In this document: piece by piece, positions 1 through 9,353 of the stretch
Layout: each line of letters begins with the position of its first letter
How positions within the stretch are numbered: the first letter of the stretch is position 1
Assembly: GCA_964461835.1 (NCBI GenBank)
Contig: CAYWVO010000010.1
Location: 2,775 to 66,774 of the forward strand
Length of the DNA: 64,000 bases
Source of the DNA: an uncultured Ignavibacteria bacterium
Lineage (GTDB): Bacteria > Zixibacteria > MSB-5A5 > WJJR01 > JAJRUJ01
Reading direction: 5' to 3'
The notes under the pieces: generated by a model
What the model was told of the DNA's origin: nothing
What the model saw: only the letters and a program-made list of their open reading frames with translations
Database searches by the model: none
Translations under genes and position numbers: made by a program

Positions 1-3000
1 TTGTGTCGCTGATCAAAACATCTGTCTCGTTATCTTCCGGCCGGTTGATGAGGACCGTGGGGGCTACCTGTTCCGGAATACCGCGCCCGGTCAGGAAGAT
101 TGTCGTGTCGGTCACGACCGGATCGTCAGTTTGGATAGTCAGCACACCGTTGTACACTCGCCTTGCGGTCGGGCGGAACTTGACATTAAACGTAATCGAG
201 GAGTCGGGATCGATTTCCAGGTCTTCGAGCGGCGGCGCGTCAAATCCGTCTCCCTCTTCAGAGACGGACTCCACAGTCAAGATAACCCCCGACCCAACAG
301 GCGCGGAATTCGTGATAGTCACCGGCAGCAACTTCGCGGTCCGCGTGACCACCGAATCGAAGTCCACAGTGTCCGGTTCGAATTCCAGAAATGATGTACC
401 GCTATGTTCAACCAGGACTGCGGCCAATCGTTCGACATTCAACTCAGTATCCACGGCGCGTACCGTGACGTTGTAAATACCAGTCGGTAAATCTGCTGAT
501 GGTGTAACCAACATGGCGAGGGTATCCGGCGCGAAGATCGGCCCCGGGGGAAATGTCACCGCCAGTTCGCCCCGGCGTGGCGTCGGCTCAACCTCGGCAC
601 TCAAAGTGAGCAGATTGGGGTATGGCGTGACCAGGGTATCAAGATACAACGGGTAGATAATGGTATCCCCGGTTGCTTGTGCCCCCCCGATATTAAATGC
701 GAACGATCCGACCGTGACGCACTCGGTGGACACCACTGGTTCACCGGCCCCGCACGCGTTACCAGCGGTGTGAGAAACGGTATAGACACCCGGTTCATCA
801 TACACATGAGTTGGATCAGCGACGTAGGATGAATCACCGTCCCCAAAGTCCCAGGTCCACCTGGTTGGCACATTACTTGAGAGATCGGTGAACGATACCT
901 CATACGGGGCCAGGCCATATCCCTCGGGGCAGTCAAAAGCGGTCACCGGATGTCCCTGGACACTAATGGTATCACTCAACTGCACAACATCGGTGCCACA
1001 AGAATGTGTGACCACAACCGTGACCGGAAACGTACCCACGCTCTCGTATTCATGGGTTGGCGATAGTCCCGTGCCGGTGTCACCGTCACCGAAATCCCAC
1101 TGGACGCTTTCCACCGGTTGATCGGTGGTCAAATCGAAAGCCACTTCCAGCGGCGCACACCCGCTGGTCTGGGATGCTGCGGCCGACAGGGTGGGACGGG
1201 GGAGGACAGTGATGTAATCGGTGCGGGAGCGCTGGGAGGTACCGCATGCCGCAGTTACGATCAAACGTACGGAGTATGTTCCACCGGTCTCATAGGTGTG
1301 CGCAGGATCTCGTTCCGTAGAAAAATGGTTGTCGCCGAAATCCCATTCATAACTGAGCAGCGGATCGTCCGAAATCGTGTAGAATTGAACCTCAGCGGGA
1401 CTGCACACTCCGTCAACGTCGATCGAATCGGGATCGAGCGATGAGGTAAAATCAACGGACGGCGGCTTGCCGATACTAATCAGATCGGTCTTCTCCACCC
1501 ACTGGGAATCGCAGACGTTGCGTGCTCGAAATCGTACGGTGAACACTCCCGCAGAGTCATAGCGGTGCACCGGCGACATCATCGTGGAAGTAGTGCCATC
1601 ACCAAAATCCCAAAAATAATCGTCAATAATCCCGGTGATCGTTGGCGTAAAGGCGACATCGAATGGTATACACCCCTCAGTGGTATCCGGCGAGAAATCA
1701 GCCTCGACTGCCCCAAAGACCTTGATATGGTTGACTTTGATAATGGTGTCCCGACTATAATCGCCAATGGCGATCAAGGTTACCGTATATAAATCCGGCG
1801 CGGTGTATTCATGGATAGGATTTTTCTCAATCGAGGTTGCACCGTCACCAAAATCCCAGAGCCATTGCTCATCTATACAGGTTGACGTGTTCTCAAATTC
1901 GACGATAAGTTGATCACAACCCAACGTAGGTGAAGCGGTAAATGATGCTACCTTCTCGTCATCGATAAATTCGTAGCAGCCGAGGTCCGGAGCTTGATAA
2001 GCCACCCGCGGGTTGCCGGCCAGATCGAAATCGGCCAAGGTATCAATCGCCAGCAAATCCCCTTGATTTTGGGCATTCGCATGGCAGATAAACCGGTAGT
2101 CTTCGCCGGTCACCGAGCGAAAACCGGGAACTTTGATCGTTACTTCATCAGTGAGGTTCAGTCCTTGTGGGCTATAATTCCCGGCCGCGTTGTTATAGAA
2201 CATGGTGTATGCGATTCGGGGCAGGCCCTCCAGCGCCGATTCGCTGTAAACTCCCCAGCCGACATTATTTTCGGCGACGATACAATTCTTTATGTCCGCG
2301 TACCCTCGTTGCCAGATATGAATCCCCGCACCGGTACCTATCGAACCGGAAGTGTTATCCACAATCGTATTATTCACCAGACGGGGATCACTGTTATCCC
2401 CGATATAAATGCCGCCGCCGGCACGCGCGGTGTTTCCGGCAATGAGGTTATTGTAAATCAGGGGATCGGCGTAATACAGGTAGATGCCACCGCCCAAAGT
2501 CTCTGAGCCCTCGGAGGCATCGAAGACATTGTCAACGATTTTGTTGTTCCGAATGATCGGGTCCTCGCCGTCGATATACAGCCCGCTCCCGGCAAAGGAT
2601 CGACAATCCGAGCACGTGATGGTAAACCCGTCGACAATAGACCTGAATTCGTCCTGGCGCGCCTGTTTTTCCAGGCCATAGAATGTAATCGGATTGCCTA
2701 GACCCGCCCCGTCAATGATGGTTTCATCCGGACCGTTTAATGCCAATAATTGGACCGGGTATCCCCCATCGAAAAACACGGCTTCGTTATAGGTTCCCGG
2801 GAACACCGCAACGACGACACCAAATGAACCAACATTATTTATCGCAAATTGAATCGTACGATACGGGAGGGACCGCGTACCGTACTCCACCGAATCGATG
2901 CCGTAGGGAGCGACAAACAACGTATCATCCCACTCCATGGTATCCGCGCGGACCCCAACCGTCGTACACAGATTCAGGGCCGCAACCAGGCAGACCGCGA

Positions 3001-3061
3001 ACAAGGCCGGGAAATACCCACACTGAAGAAAGCTAATGAATGGGGGTCTTCGAATCATCAT
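1..3061 (-). CDS. Secreted right-handed beta-helix + 5x PKD-domain protein (N-terminal 1020 codons; C-terminus lies beyond the left window edge)
   Basis: Absent from the ORF track because it has no in-window stop. I read every triplet of this minus-strand frame (plus-strand triplets starting at 2,5,8...3059) and found no tta/cta/tca, so 1020 codons are open. ATG-ATG at 3061/3058 follows an AAGGGTG SD-like motif. The N-terminus MMIRRPPFISFLQCGYFPALFAVCLVAALNL is signal-peptide-like. GGGIYL/GGGIYI...NN.I..N repeats fit a pectin-lyase-fold beta-helix. Five WDFGDG PKD signatures are encoded near 1850, 1605, 1340, 1093 and 848. Confidence 0.85.
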   Translation of the reverse strand, partial: MMIRRPPFISFLQCGYFPALFAVCLVAALNLCTTVGVRADTMEWDDTLFVAPYGIDSVEYGTRSLPYRTIQFAINNVGSFGVVVAVFPGTYNEAVFFDGGYPVQLLALNGPDETIIDGAGLGNPITFYGLEKQARQDEFRSIVDGFTITCSDCRSFAGSGLYIDGEDPIIRNNKIVDNVFDASEGSETLGGGIYLYYADPLIYNNLIAGNTARAGGGIYIGDNSDPRLVNNTIVDNTSGSIGTGAGIHIWQRGYADIKNCIVAENNVGWGVYSESALEGLPRIAYTMFYNNAAGNYSPQGLNLTDEVTIKVPGFRSVTGEDYRFICHANAQNQGDLLAIDTLADFDLAGNPRVAYQAPDLGCYEFIDDEKVASFTASPTLGCDQLIVEFENTSTCIDEQWLWDFGDGATSIEKNPIHEYTAPDLYTVTLIAIGDYSRDTIIKVNHIKVFGAVEADFSPDTTEGCIPFDVAFTPTITGIIDDYFWDFGDGTTSTMMSPVHRYDSAGVFTVRFRARNVCDSQWVEKTDLISIGKPPSVDFTSSLDPDSIDVDGVCSPAEVQFYTISDDPLLSYEWDFGDNHFSTERDPAHTYETGGTYSVRLIVTAACGTSQRSRTDYITVLPRPTLSAAASQTSGCAPLEVAFDLTTDQPVESVQWDFGDGDTGTGLSPTHEYESVGTFPVTVVVTHSCGTDVVQLSDTISVQGHPVTAFDCPEGYGLAPYEVSFTDLSSNVPTRWTWDFGDGDSSYVADPTHVYDEPGVYTVSHTAGNACGAGEPVVSTECVTVGSFAFNIGGAQATGDTIIYPLYLDTLVTPYPNLLTLSAEVEPTPRRGELAVTFPPGPIFAPDTLAMLVTPSADLPTGIYNVTVRAVDTELNVERLAAVLVEHSGTSFLEFEPDTVDFDSVVTRTAKLLPVTITNSAPVGSGVILTVESVSEEGDGFDAPPLEDLEIDPDSSITFNVKFRPTARRVYNGVLTIQTDDPVVTDTTIFLTGRGIPEQVAPTVLINRPEDNETDVLISDT

Positions 3062-3072
3062 CACCTGCACCC

Positions 3073-3891
3073 TTACAGTTCGGCATTCACGACAATCGTC
3101 CCGGTCTCAAAAACGATATCATTTTCTTTGGGAATCGATTGTCCGTCGGCGGTAAGGAACGATGCCCGGGATGCGTCGAAAACCAGATCTGAGTCACCGC
3201 TGCCTACCGCCGAGAAATAAATAGTTACCAGATGCCCCGAGTCGTCCTCCACCCCGCCGGTGGCCGGGGGTATTCGGGTGAGACCAACCGCCACGTAATC
3301 GTCTTGAATTCGCGGCGCCATAAAGATATCGCTGCCCAGATATGATCCGGGGTCGACCCGGAGTGCTTCGAGGATTGCAGGATCATACATTAAGCGAAAC
3401 GCGGTACTGAAGACCTCGCTCACGTTGTACAGGTACACAGAAACGGCGATTTCGCCGCCTTCGCTCATTGCTACTTCCTGATACATCGGTGATGGACGAA
3501 GCATGGAAACCACCGGCTGCATTGACAGCGTTACATTGACTACCGAACCGGGCGGAACCTCCCTCGTCTCACGGGCTTTGTACAGCACATGTTCATCTTC
3601 GTCGCGTGCGTTCAAATAGAATTCGACGCTATCGCCGGGAGGTATCGTAAGGGTACCATTGATCCGTCCCTGACGTACCTGAAGCCCTTCATACAGCGTG
3701 TCCCCGGCAGGCAGATAGGCCACCCGCAACTCCGCCGTGTCAATTAAGGTGGTCATGAGGGATGGTTTAAACTGCACCTGCAAGCCCACCTGCGCGCCCT
3801 CGGCAGGACCACTCGGCGAACCCGAACACGCGATAACCCCAGCCAACAGCGCCGCCAGGGCTACGCACAAAATCACCCGACAACCATACAT
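3073..3891 (-). CDS. Lipoprotein with C-terminal cohesin-like domain
   Basis: ORF track gives 3073..3945 (TTG start). The ATG at 3891 is more plausible because it begins MYGCRVILCVALAALLAGVIAC-SG (signal peptide plus lipobox). The C-terminal ~140 aa (GGEIAVSVYLYNVSEVFSTAFRLMYDPAILEALRVDPGSYLG...GHLVTIYFSAVGSGDSDLVF...GTIVVNA) follow the cohesin pattern. Confidence 0.6.
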   Translation of the reverse strand: MYGCRVILCVALAALLAGVIACSGSPSGPAEGAQVGLQVQFKPSLMTTLIDTAELRVAYLPAGDTLYEGLQVRQGRINGTLTIPPGDSVEFYLNARDEDEHVLYKARETREVPPGSVVNVTLSMQPVVSMLRPSPMYQEVAMSEGGEIAVSVYLYNVSEVFSTAFRLMYDPAILEALRVDPGSYLGSDIFMAPRIQDDYVAVGLTRIPPATGGVEDDSGHLVTIYFSAVGSGDSDLVFDASRASFLTADGQSIPKENDIVFETGTIVVNAEL

Positions 3892-4014
3892 TCGAATATC
3901 CGTTACCATCAGGGAGAAAAAGTCCGCCCATTGAGATGATGTCAAGCGAAATTCCCTGCGTTTTCCTACTTATCCGGTGGGCACCATCGCATGCTCGTTC
4001 GATACAGCAATATG

Positions 4015-4043
4015 TTGACAGTCTCTATGATCTAGCCTACGTT
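4015..4043 (+). promoter_or_regulatory. Putative sigma70-type promoter of the kinase gene
   Basis: TTGACA (4015..4020), 17-nt spacer, TACGTT (4038..4043), then GGAGGAG SD and ATG at 4061. Confidence 0.35.
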
Positions 4044-4060
4044 CCGGCGGAGGAGTTGGC

Positions 4061-5593
4061 ATGACCGGCGAAAAGATCGGCAATTATTCAATTTTGGAGA
4101 AGCGCGGCGAAGGCGGCATGGGGATATTCTATAAGGCCCATGACGACGTGCTGGATGAAGTTGTCGGTCTCAAGACTCTCCACCCGGAATTGGTGGCCGA
4201 TGCGGAATTTCGCCGGCAATTACAGGAAGAGGCAAAACTCCAGGCCCGACTGCGCGGCCACCCGGGCATTGTCCGGCTTAATCATTACCTGATCCTCGAC
4301 GACCGCCATTACCTGGTGATGGAATATGTGGAGGGCCATACCCTGTCCGAGATCATCAACGATCGCGGCCCCTACTCCTTTGCCGAAGCCGGACCGATTA
4401 TCGTCAAAGTCCTCGACGCCCTCAACTACGCCCACCAGCAGGGCATCATCCATCGCGATATCAAGCCATCCAACATTATGATCACCGAGAACGGGGACGT
4501 CAAGGTCACCGACTTCGGGATTGCCAAGCTGCTCAGTGGTGGCCAACAGACCCGGACCAGCCAGGTAAAGGGATCCTTGTTCTATATGGCGCCGGAGCAA
4601 ATACGGCAACAGCAGCTGGATTCTCGTACGGATATTTACGCCCTTGGCGTAACGCTGTATGAGATGTTGACCGGGACTCTCCCGTTCACCGGGGCCTCGG
4701 AATACGATATCATGCAGCAGCATCTCGAATCGCCCCCCCGGCTGCCGTCGAAAGTCAATTCAGCTCTGACCGACGAAGATGATCGGCTCATCATGCGGGC
4801 GATGGCCAAAAAACCGGGCGACCGTTTTACCGACACTGCCGCGATGGCGGCCGCCATTCAGAAGCGGCTGGAGGCCAAAACGTCGCGGGACAGCTCCGAA
4901 ATCTCGGTGCCGATTGGCCGCTGGCTCATTTACGGGATCGCCGCGATTACGCTCGTCGTCGCCGGCTATTTTATCCTGAAACCTGCTGGGTCCGACCACA
5001 CCACGCCCGAAGATGACTTGGAAGAACCACTGGTCCATGTCGATTCTATTGATACCACAACCCCAACAGCAGAAGCCCCCGATACGGTGCACACCAACAG
5101 TACTGAGTTGGACCAGGAGCCGGTCATCCAGCAACCGACCGAGTTCCTGACTGTTCGCGCCACCCCGTTTAATCGGGAACCGGACGTCACCGGCGTATGG
5201 TTGGATGGCCGGCGTATCGGTTCAACGCTGCCATTGCAATACGGAGATATCACCTCCGGTGTTCACTGGCTAAAGATCGCTACCACCACCGCTACCTGGT
5301 CGGACACCGTCCGGTGGGAAGCCACCGACCGGGACAAAGTCTTTCATATCGTGAACGATTCGGGGGTGGTGATCGTATCCGCCGCAGTTCCGGACCAGGG
5401 ATTTGCCTGGATTTTCGTTGACGGAGAGGATATCGAAAAGGACACTCCCCACCGTATCCATTTACCACTTGGACCGCACCGTATTGATGTCCGGCTGGAG
5501 GGGTATTCGTCGGTGGAAGGCCCGCGATTCATCCGAGTCAAACCGGGGCCCCATGAAGTCCGCCTGGAGTTTACTTTGCAGCCGGAGCGGTGA
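4061..5593 (+). CDS. Hanks-type Ser/Thr protein kinase with one TM helix and extracytoplasmic PEGA-like domains
   Basis: G-loop GEGGMG, catalytic loop HRDIKPSNIM, DFGIAK, MAPEQ. TM segment WLIYGIAAITLVVAGYFIL. C-terminal PEGA-like units (VWLDGRRIGSTLPLQYGDITSGVHWLKI; IFVDGEDIEKDTPHRIHLPLGPHRIDVRLEGY). Confidence 0.9.
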   Translation: MTGEKIGNYSILEKRGEGGMGIFYKAHDDVLDEVVGLKTLHPELVADAEFRRQLQEEAKLQARLRGHPGIVRLNHYLILDDRHYLVMEYVEGHTLSEIINDRGPYSFAEAGPIIVKVLDALNYAHQQGIIHRDIKPSNIMITENGDVKVTDFGIAKLLSGGQQTRTSQVKGSLFYMAPEQIRQQQLDSRTDIYALGVTLYEMLTGTLPFTGASEYDIMQQHLESPPRLPSKVNSALTDEDDRLIMRAMAKKPGDRFTDTAAMAAAIQKRLEAKTSRDSSEISVPIGRWLIYGIAAITLVVAGYFILKPAGSDHTTPEDDLEEPLVHVDSIDTTTPTAEAPDTVHTNSTELDQEPVIQQPTEFLTVRATPFNREPDVTGVWLDGRRIGSTLPLQYGDITSGVHWLKIATTTATWSDTVRWEATDRDKVFHIVNDSGVVIVSAAVPDQGFAWIFVDGEDIEKDTPHRIHLPLGPHRIDVRLEGYSSVEGPRFIRVKPGPHEVRLEFTLQPER

Positions 5594-5621
5594 ACGAGAA
5601 TAAATTCCTCGCAAATTAAGG

Positions 5622-5648
5622 TTGACATCGGCGTACCTCGGCTATAGT
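5622..5648 (+). promoter_or_regulatory. Putative internal sigma70-type promoter ahead of the TPR/CsgG-like gene
   Basis: TTGACA (5622..5627), 15-nt spacer, TATAGT (5643..5648), then AGGAGG (5657..5662) and GTG at 5673. The hexamers are near consensus but the spacer is short. Confidence 0.3.
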
Positions 5649-5672
5649 GTCGCCTCAGGAGGAAATTGTATT

Positions 5673-7001
5673 GTGAGCTTTACCCGGTATAGATTCCTGG
5701 GCATAGCCGGTGTGTTGTTGATTTTATGCGGCTGCGCTGCGGGGGGCATGTCGCATTCCAGTCTGAAACGCATGATTGCCCAAGGCGAATATGCCAAGGC
5801 CGAGTCAGCATTGCTCCTGCGCACTGCGCGGGAGAAAGAGAATGCAACGACCCAGCGGCTGTTGGGGATGGCTCAGTATCACCTCGAACAATATGAATCC
5901 GCTGATGAGCATCTCGCCAATGCTTTAGCGCTGGACCCGGAAGACCCGGTTGCCCATCTTTACGCCGGATTCATCGCCGAGCGGCAGGACCGGACCCTGG
6001 AAGCAATCCACCATTATCTCAGTTTTCTGTCTTTACGAAGTAGCGGCGATCTTGCCGCCGACGTGCGCCGTCGGGTTCGCGAGCTGAAAGTTCAGTACGC
6101 CGAACAGTTAACCGAAAGGGCACTAGCGCGGGAACAGGAGATCTCACCAGGGGCGTTACCTGATTCCACTCTGGGTGTGGTTTATTTTGATGGCCGTTTT
6201 TTACCGGATGGGCTCAAACCGCTAGTCACCGGACTGGCCGACCTGCTGGCCAGTGACTTGAAAAAAGTAGGCGCCCTGCGTATAGTCGAGCGAATGCAGA
6301 TTAATACCTTGCTTGATGAATTGCAGATCAGTCAAACGGCGGCGTTCGACACGACCACGGCTCCGCGACTGGGCAAACTGCTGGGGGCAGCGCATATCCT
6401 GGGTGGCACGATTGCCGAATTGCCCCGCGAGCAATTGCGGATCGATCCCGCGTTGGTAAACACCAAGACCGGCGAAGTCGAAACCCCGGAAGAAGCAGTC
6501 GAAGAGTTGGATCAAATTATCAAGCTGGAAAAAGATGTTGTCTTCGCCACGTTGGACCAATTGGATATTAAACTCACCAAGGCCGAGCGCGACTCGATCG
6601 CGAAACCGCCGACAGAATCGTTTTTGGCGTTTTTGATGTATTCCCGCGGTCTGGCCTGGCTGGACAGCGGCAATTATGAACGCGCTCACGAGCAATTTAA
6701 ACAGGCGGTATACACCGATCCGAATTTCCAACAAGCTGCCGAAAAAACCCGAACGACAAAGGCCCTGATCGAACGGCCCGCCTTCGGCAATGTCAGTGAG
6801 TTTGAGCAACAGACCACATCTGACCCACTGGTCCGCGGGCGGTCGGGAGCAATCGAACGATCCCTGGTATCGGGGCACGAACGTTTAGGGTTTGTCCCAG
6901 AGTCCGGACGAGGTGTTGATGAGCCATACGTTGGCCCGTACGGCCACCGGTCACCCACCGCCACGGTGATAATTGAAGGATCGTTTGATGACGGGCCGTA
7001 A
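5673..7001 (+). CDS. Lipoprotein with TPR repeats and a CsgG-like domain
   Basis: ORF track starts at TTG 5622. GTG 5673 has AGGAGG 10 nt upstream and gives MSFTRYRFLGIAGVLLILC-GC (lipobox). TPR-like helices follow (AQGEYAKAESALL...LGMAQYHLEQYESADEHLANALALDPEDP). Central LGVVYFDGRF...LVTGLADLLASDLKKVGALRIVERMQINTLLDELQISQ...GKLLGAAHILGGTI matches the CsgG-family pattern. Confidence 0.65.
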   Translation: MSFTRYRFLGIAGVLLILCGCAAGGMSHSSLKRMIAQGEYAKAESALLLRTAREKENATTQRLLGMAQYHLEQYESADEHLANALALDPEDPVAHLYAGFIAERQDRTLEAIHHYLSFLSLRSSGDLAADVRRRVRELKVQYAEQLTERALAREQEISPGALPDSTLGVVYFDGRFLPDGLKPLVTGLADLLASDLKKVGALRIVERMQINTLLDELQISQTAAFDTTTAPRLGKLLGAAHILGGTIAELPREQLRIDPALVNTKTGEVETPEEAVEELDQIIKLEKDVVFATLDQLDIKLTKAERDSIAKPPTESFLAFLMYSRGLAWLDSGNYERAHEQFKQAVYTDPNFQQAAEKTRTTKALIERPAFGNVSEFEQQTTSDPLVRGRSGAIERSLVSGHERLGFVPESGRGVDEPYVGPYGHRSPTATVIIEGSFDDGP

Positions 7002-8166
7002 GCGAATACGGGCAACCTGCGGGCGACTGGCGATTGTGCTCGTGGTCGTTTTATTCCTCGGAATACCGGCAGCCGACGCCCAGATTATCTATCAAGACCC
7101 GGCCCGGATCACACAATCCGCGGTGTATCTGCACTGGAATATGACCGGAGAGACAGTCGATGCTTCCGTGTCCGAATGGGTGATGCCAATCTCCGGCATG
7201 GTTCCTGTGGCCGCCAATACAGAGCTACAATATTACACCGCAGTCGTCGGAGCACAGTCTTCACTCCCGGAAATCGACCAAGACCTCGCGGGGTTGACCG
7301 ATACCCGGTTGCACCTGGCGCGGAGCCTCGCCGAAGACCATCTGCTAGTCGCCGGCGGTGTTAACCTGCCGTCCGGGCAGAAGGAACTGAATCCGACGGA
7401 ATTTGCGCTGGCGCAATTTATCGCCGAGGAACGGTTTAACTTCCCCCTGAAGGTTTTTGGCCAGGGGTTGGGTATTTACGGTGAGGTGCTGGGCGCCTGG
7501 GCATATGAACAATGGATTTTCAGCGGCGGCGGTGGTCTGCACTACAGCGGTTCCTATACGCCACTGGATGACGATGTCTCCTATCAGCCGGGGGTCCGTT
7601 ATTATGTAACGGGATCGGCGCAGTTAACCAGTGCAAAACGGCAATCCGACTATGTGCGATTCGACGGTGTTGCCTCTATCGCTGCTGCCGACCAGGCAGA
7701 CGATGTTGACGTCTTTAAAGACGGTACCCAGATTGACGTAGCGGCCCTCGGTGCCCGCCGGTTCGGGCAGTGGCACGCGCAGGCGAATGTACGCCTTATC
7801 CTTCGGGGGAAAGACAAGCGGCTGGCGGAGGGCGGCAATCTGGTCGTTGAACGCAACAGCTCGACCGGAAGCGAATTTCGGTTTCGACTGCAGACCGGAC
7901 GGCCGGTGTACGCCGGCTGGCAGGGATCAGTCGATGTGTCGACAAAATTCCTGGCGGCGAACGGCTACCCGGAAGACGATGTATTATATGACGGAGGCGC
8001 CACCCTGTTTGGTATTGGCGGCACCGTTGCGAAAAAAATCAGGGACCAGATACATCTCCAGATCGGACTGCGGAAATGGTTTGGCTCGGCGGAAAAAAGC
8101 GGACTTACCGAGGCGCTGGACCTGGGAGGCTGGGAACTCTCCGAGCGGCTGACAATCACATTTTAG
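6988..8166 (+). CDS. Putative outer-membrane beta-barrel protein (unknown family)
   Basis: ORF 6973..8166 (TTG). ATG 6988 follows GAAGGA and gives MTGRKRIRATCGRLAIVLVVVLFLGIPAADA-Q, a signal peptide. Tyr/Gly-rich alternating segments. The C-terminal ...WELSERLTITF ends in Phe as in OM barrels. It overlaps the upstream gene by 14 nt. Confidence 0.5.
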   Translation: MTGRKRIRATCGRLAIVLVVVLFLGIPAADAQIIYQDPARITQSAVYLHWNMTGETVDASVSEWVMPISGMVPVAANTELQYYTAVVGAQSSLPEIDQDLAGLTDTRLHLARSLAEDHLLVAGGVNLPSGQKELNPTEFALAQFIAEERFNFPLKVFGQGLGIYGEVLGAWAYEQWIFSGGGGLHYSGSYTPLDDDVSYQPGVRYYVTGSAQLTSAKRQSDYVRFDGVASIAAADQADDVDVFKDGTQIDVAALGARRFGQWHAQANVRLILRGKDKRLAEGGNLVVERNSSTGSEFRFRLQTGRPVYAGWQGSVDVSTKFLAANGYPEDDVLYDGGATLFGIGGTVAKKIRDQIHLQIGLRKWFGSAEKSGLTEALDLGGWELSERLTITF

Positions 8167-8183
8167 CGCCGTTTTCGCAGCAA

Positions 8184-9353
8184 ATGCAAACGCGGTTCTC
8201 ATGTGCACTTCGCTGCCTGCCGATCATTATAGGCTTTTCACTCACTCTCCTGCCCTGGTCCAATACTACTGCTGCGGCTGATTTTACCGATTCTGTCCGC
8301 TTTTTCGTTATTGAAGAATATCTCTCGCCGTTAGCGAATGCACCCCTGGATTCCCTGCCGCCGGGGATCGATCCCTTTATAGTACTGGCCGCGAATCTGG
8401 CCGCTCGTTACGACACGATGGAACACGGCAAAGCTGACCCAGTACTCCCACCGGGCTTCGATCCACTCCGTATTCCCTTAGCATTCAACCGGACAATACC
8501 ACGCTCCGGAAAAATCCTCACCCGTCTTTCAGAATCGTTGACCCGGCACGGCCTACAATTCGAGATTGAATATCCGGCGGATTTTACAGAAGCCATACAA
8601 CTGCTGGCGAGAAAAGTAAGTAGCGGACATCCGATCGTTGTTTTTAATCCGGCACCTATCCTGTTATTCGGCTATGACGCCCGCGAGGACGATCCATTCC
8701 TCTACGCGTGGCAGTACAGGCCGAAAGGACAGTTATCAATTCTCGCCCAGTCACGACTCAGGGATCAGTGGTGGTTATGGGAGCCGGATCCACGGTCAAC
8801 CGTCATGCTCGAAATAGGTGGAATCGCTGAGGAGCAGGAACCATCTCCCCCGCCAAAAGAATATCTTACTTATATCCTCCAGACCGCCAGGACGGACACT
8901 ACCACCGGACAGGTATCGTATATTCGCCCCATCCTGGCGCTGATCGATTCGCTGGAGGAATCAACGGCGCCACCAGCATCGGCTATCCCACTTGAAGATG
9001 AAGACGATCCATATTACCTGCATCGCGCCCGATGGCAGCGGAGGCGATTTGAGGAATATCTCGACACACTCGCGCCGTTGGTACGAGATTCTGCGGTCGT
9101 AACTGACTTGAGACTTGCACGCTACTCGTGTGGCAAATCAGCCGAAGCATTTACCAGCGCCGCGCAGGGTCTATATGGAGCAGGCCCCCTGCCGGAGGAT
9201 TCGGCGGCTCGAGCCGAGTTCTTATTCACCCGGTGGGTTGAGTACCGGCTGGAGGCCGCTGAGCTGCTGACGGAAGTGTTGCGGTGGGAACGTCAGATGC
9301 TGGAGGCGCTGCAAGCGATTACGGAAGAAAGACGGCCGTTTACCGCACAGTAG
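8184..9353 (+). CDS. Secreted hypothetical protein
   Basis: ORF 8076..9353 would overlap the preceding gene by about 90 nt. ATG 8184 gives MQTRFSCALRCLPIIIGFSLTLLPWSNTTAAA, a signal peptide. I recognise no domain. Confidence 0.6.
   Translation: MQTRFSCALRCLPIIIGFSLTLLPWSNTTAAADFTDSVRFFVIEEYLSPLANAPLDSLPPGIDPFIVLAANLAARYDTMEHGKADPVLPPGFDPLRIPLAFNRTIPRSGKILTRLSESLTRHGLQFEIEYPADFTEAIQLLARKVSSGHPIVVFNPAPILLFGYDAREDDPFLYAWQYRPKGQLSILAQSRLRDQWWLWEPDPRSTVMLEIGGIAEEQEPSPPPKEYLTYILQTARTDTTTGQVSYIRPILALIDSLEESTAPPASAIPLEDEDDPYYLHRARWQRRRFEEYLDTLAPLVRDSAVVTDLRLARYSCGKSAEAFTSAAQGLYGAGPLPEDSAARAEFLFTRWVEYRLEAAELLTEVLRWERQMLEALQAITEERRPFTAQ

Noticed and set aside
3-3036. Plus-strand ORFs 3..476, 888..1121, 1118..1444, 1994..2506, 2740..3036 and others
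   Set aside because: All are antisense to the verified 1020-codon minus-strand frame carrying PKD and beta-helix signatures.
8076-8183. Upstream extension of ORF 8076..9353
   Set aside because: It would overlap the preceding barrel gene by about 90 nt and is Gly/Arg-rich. The signal peptide begins at the ATG at 8184.
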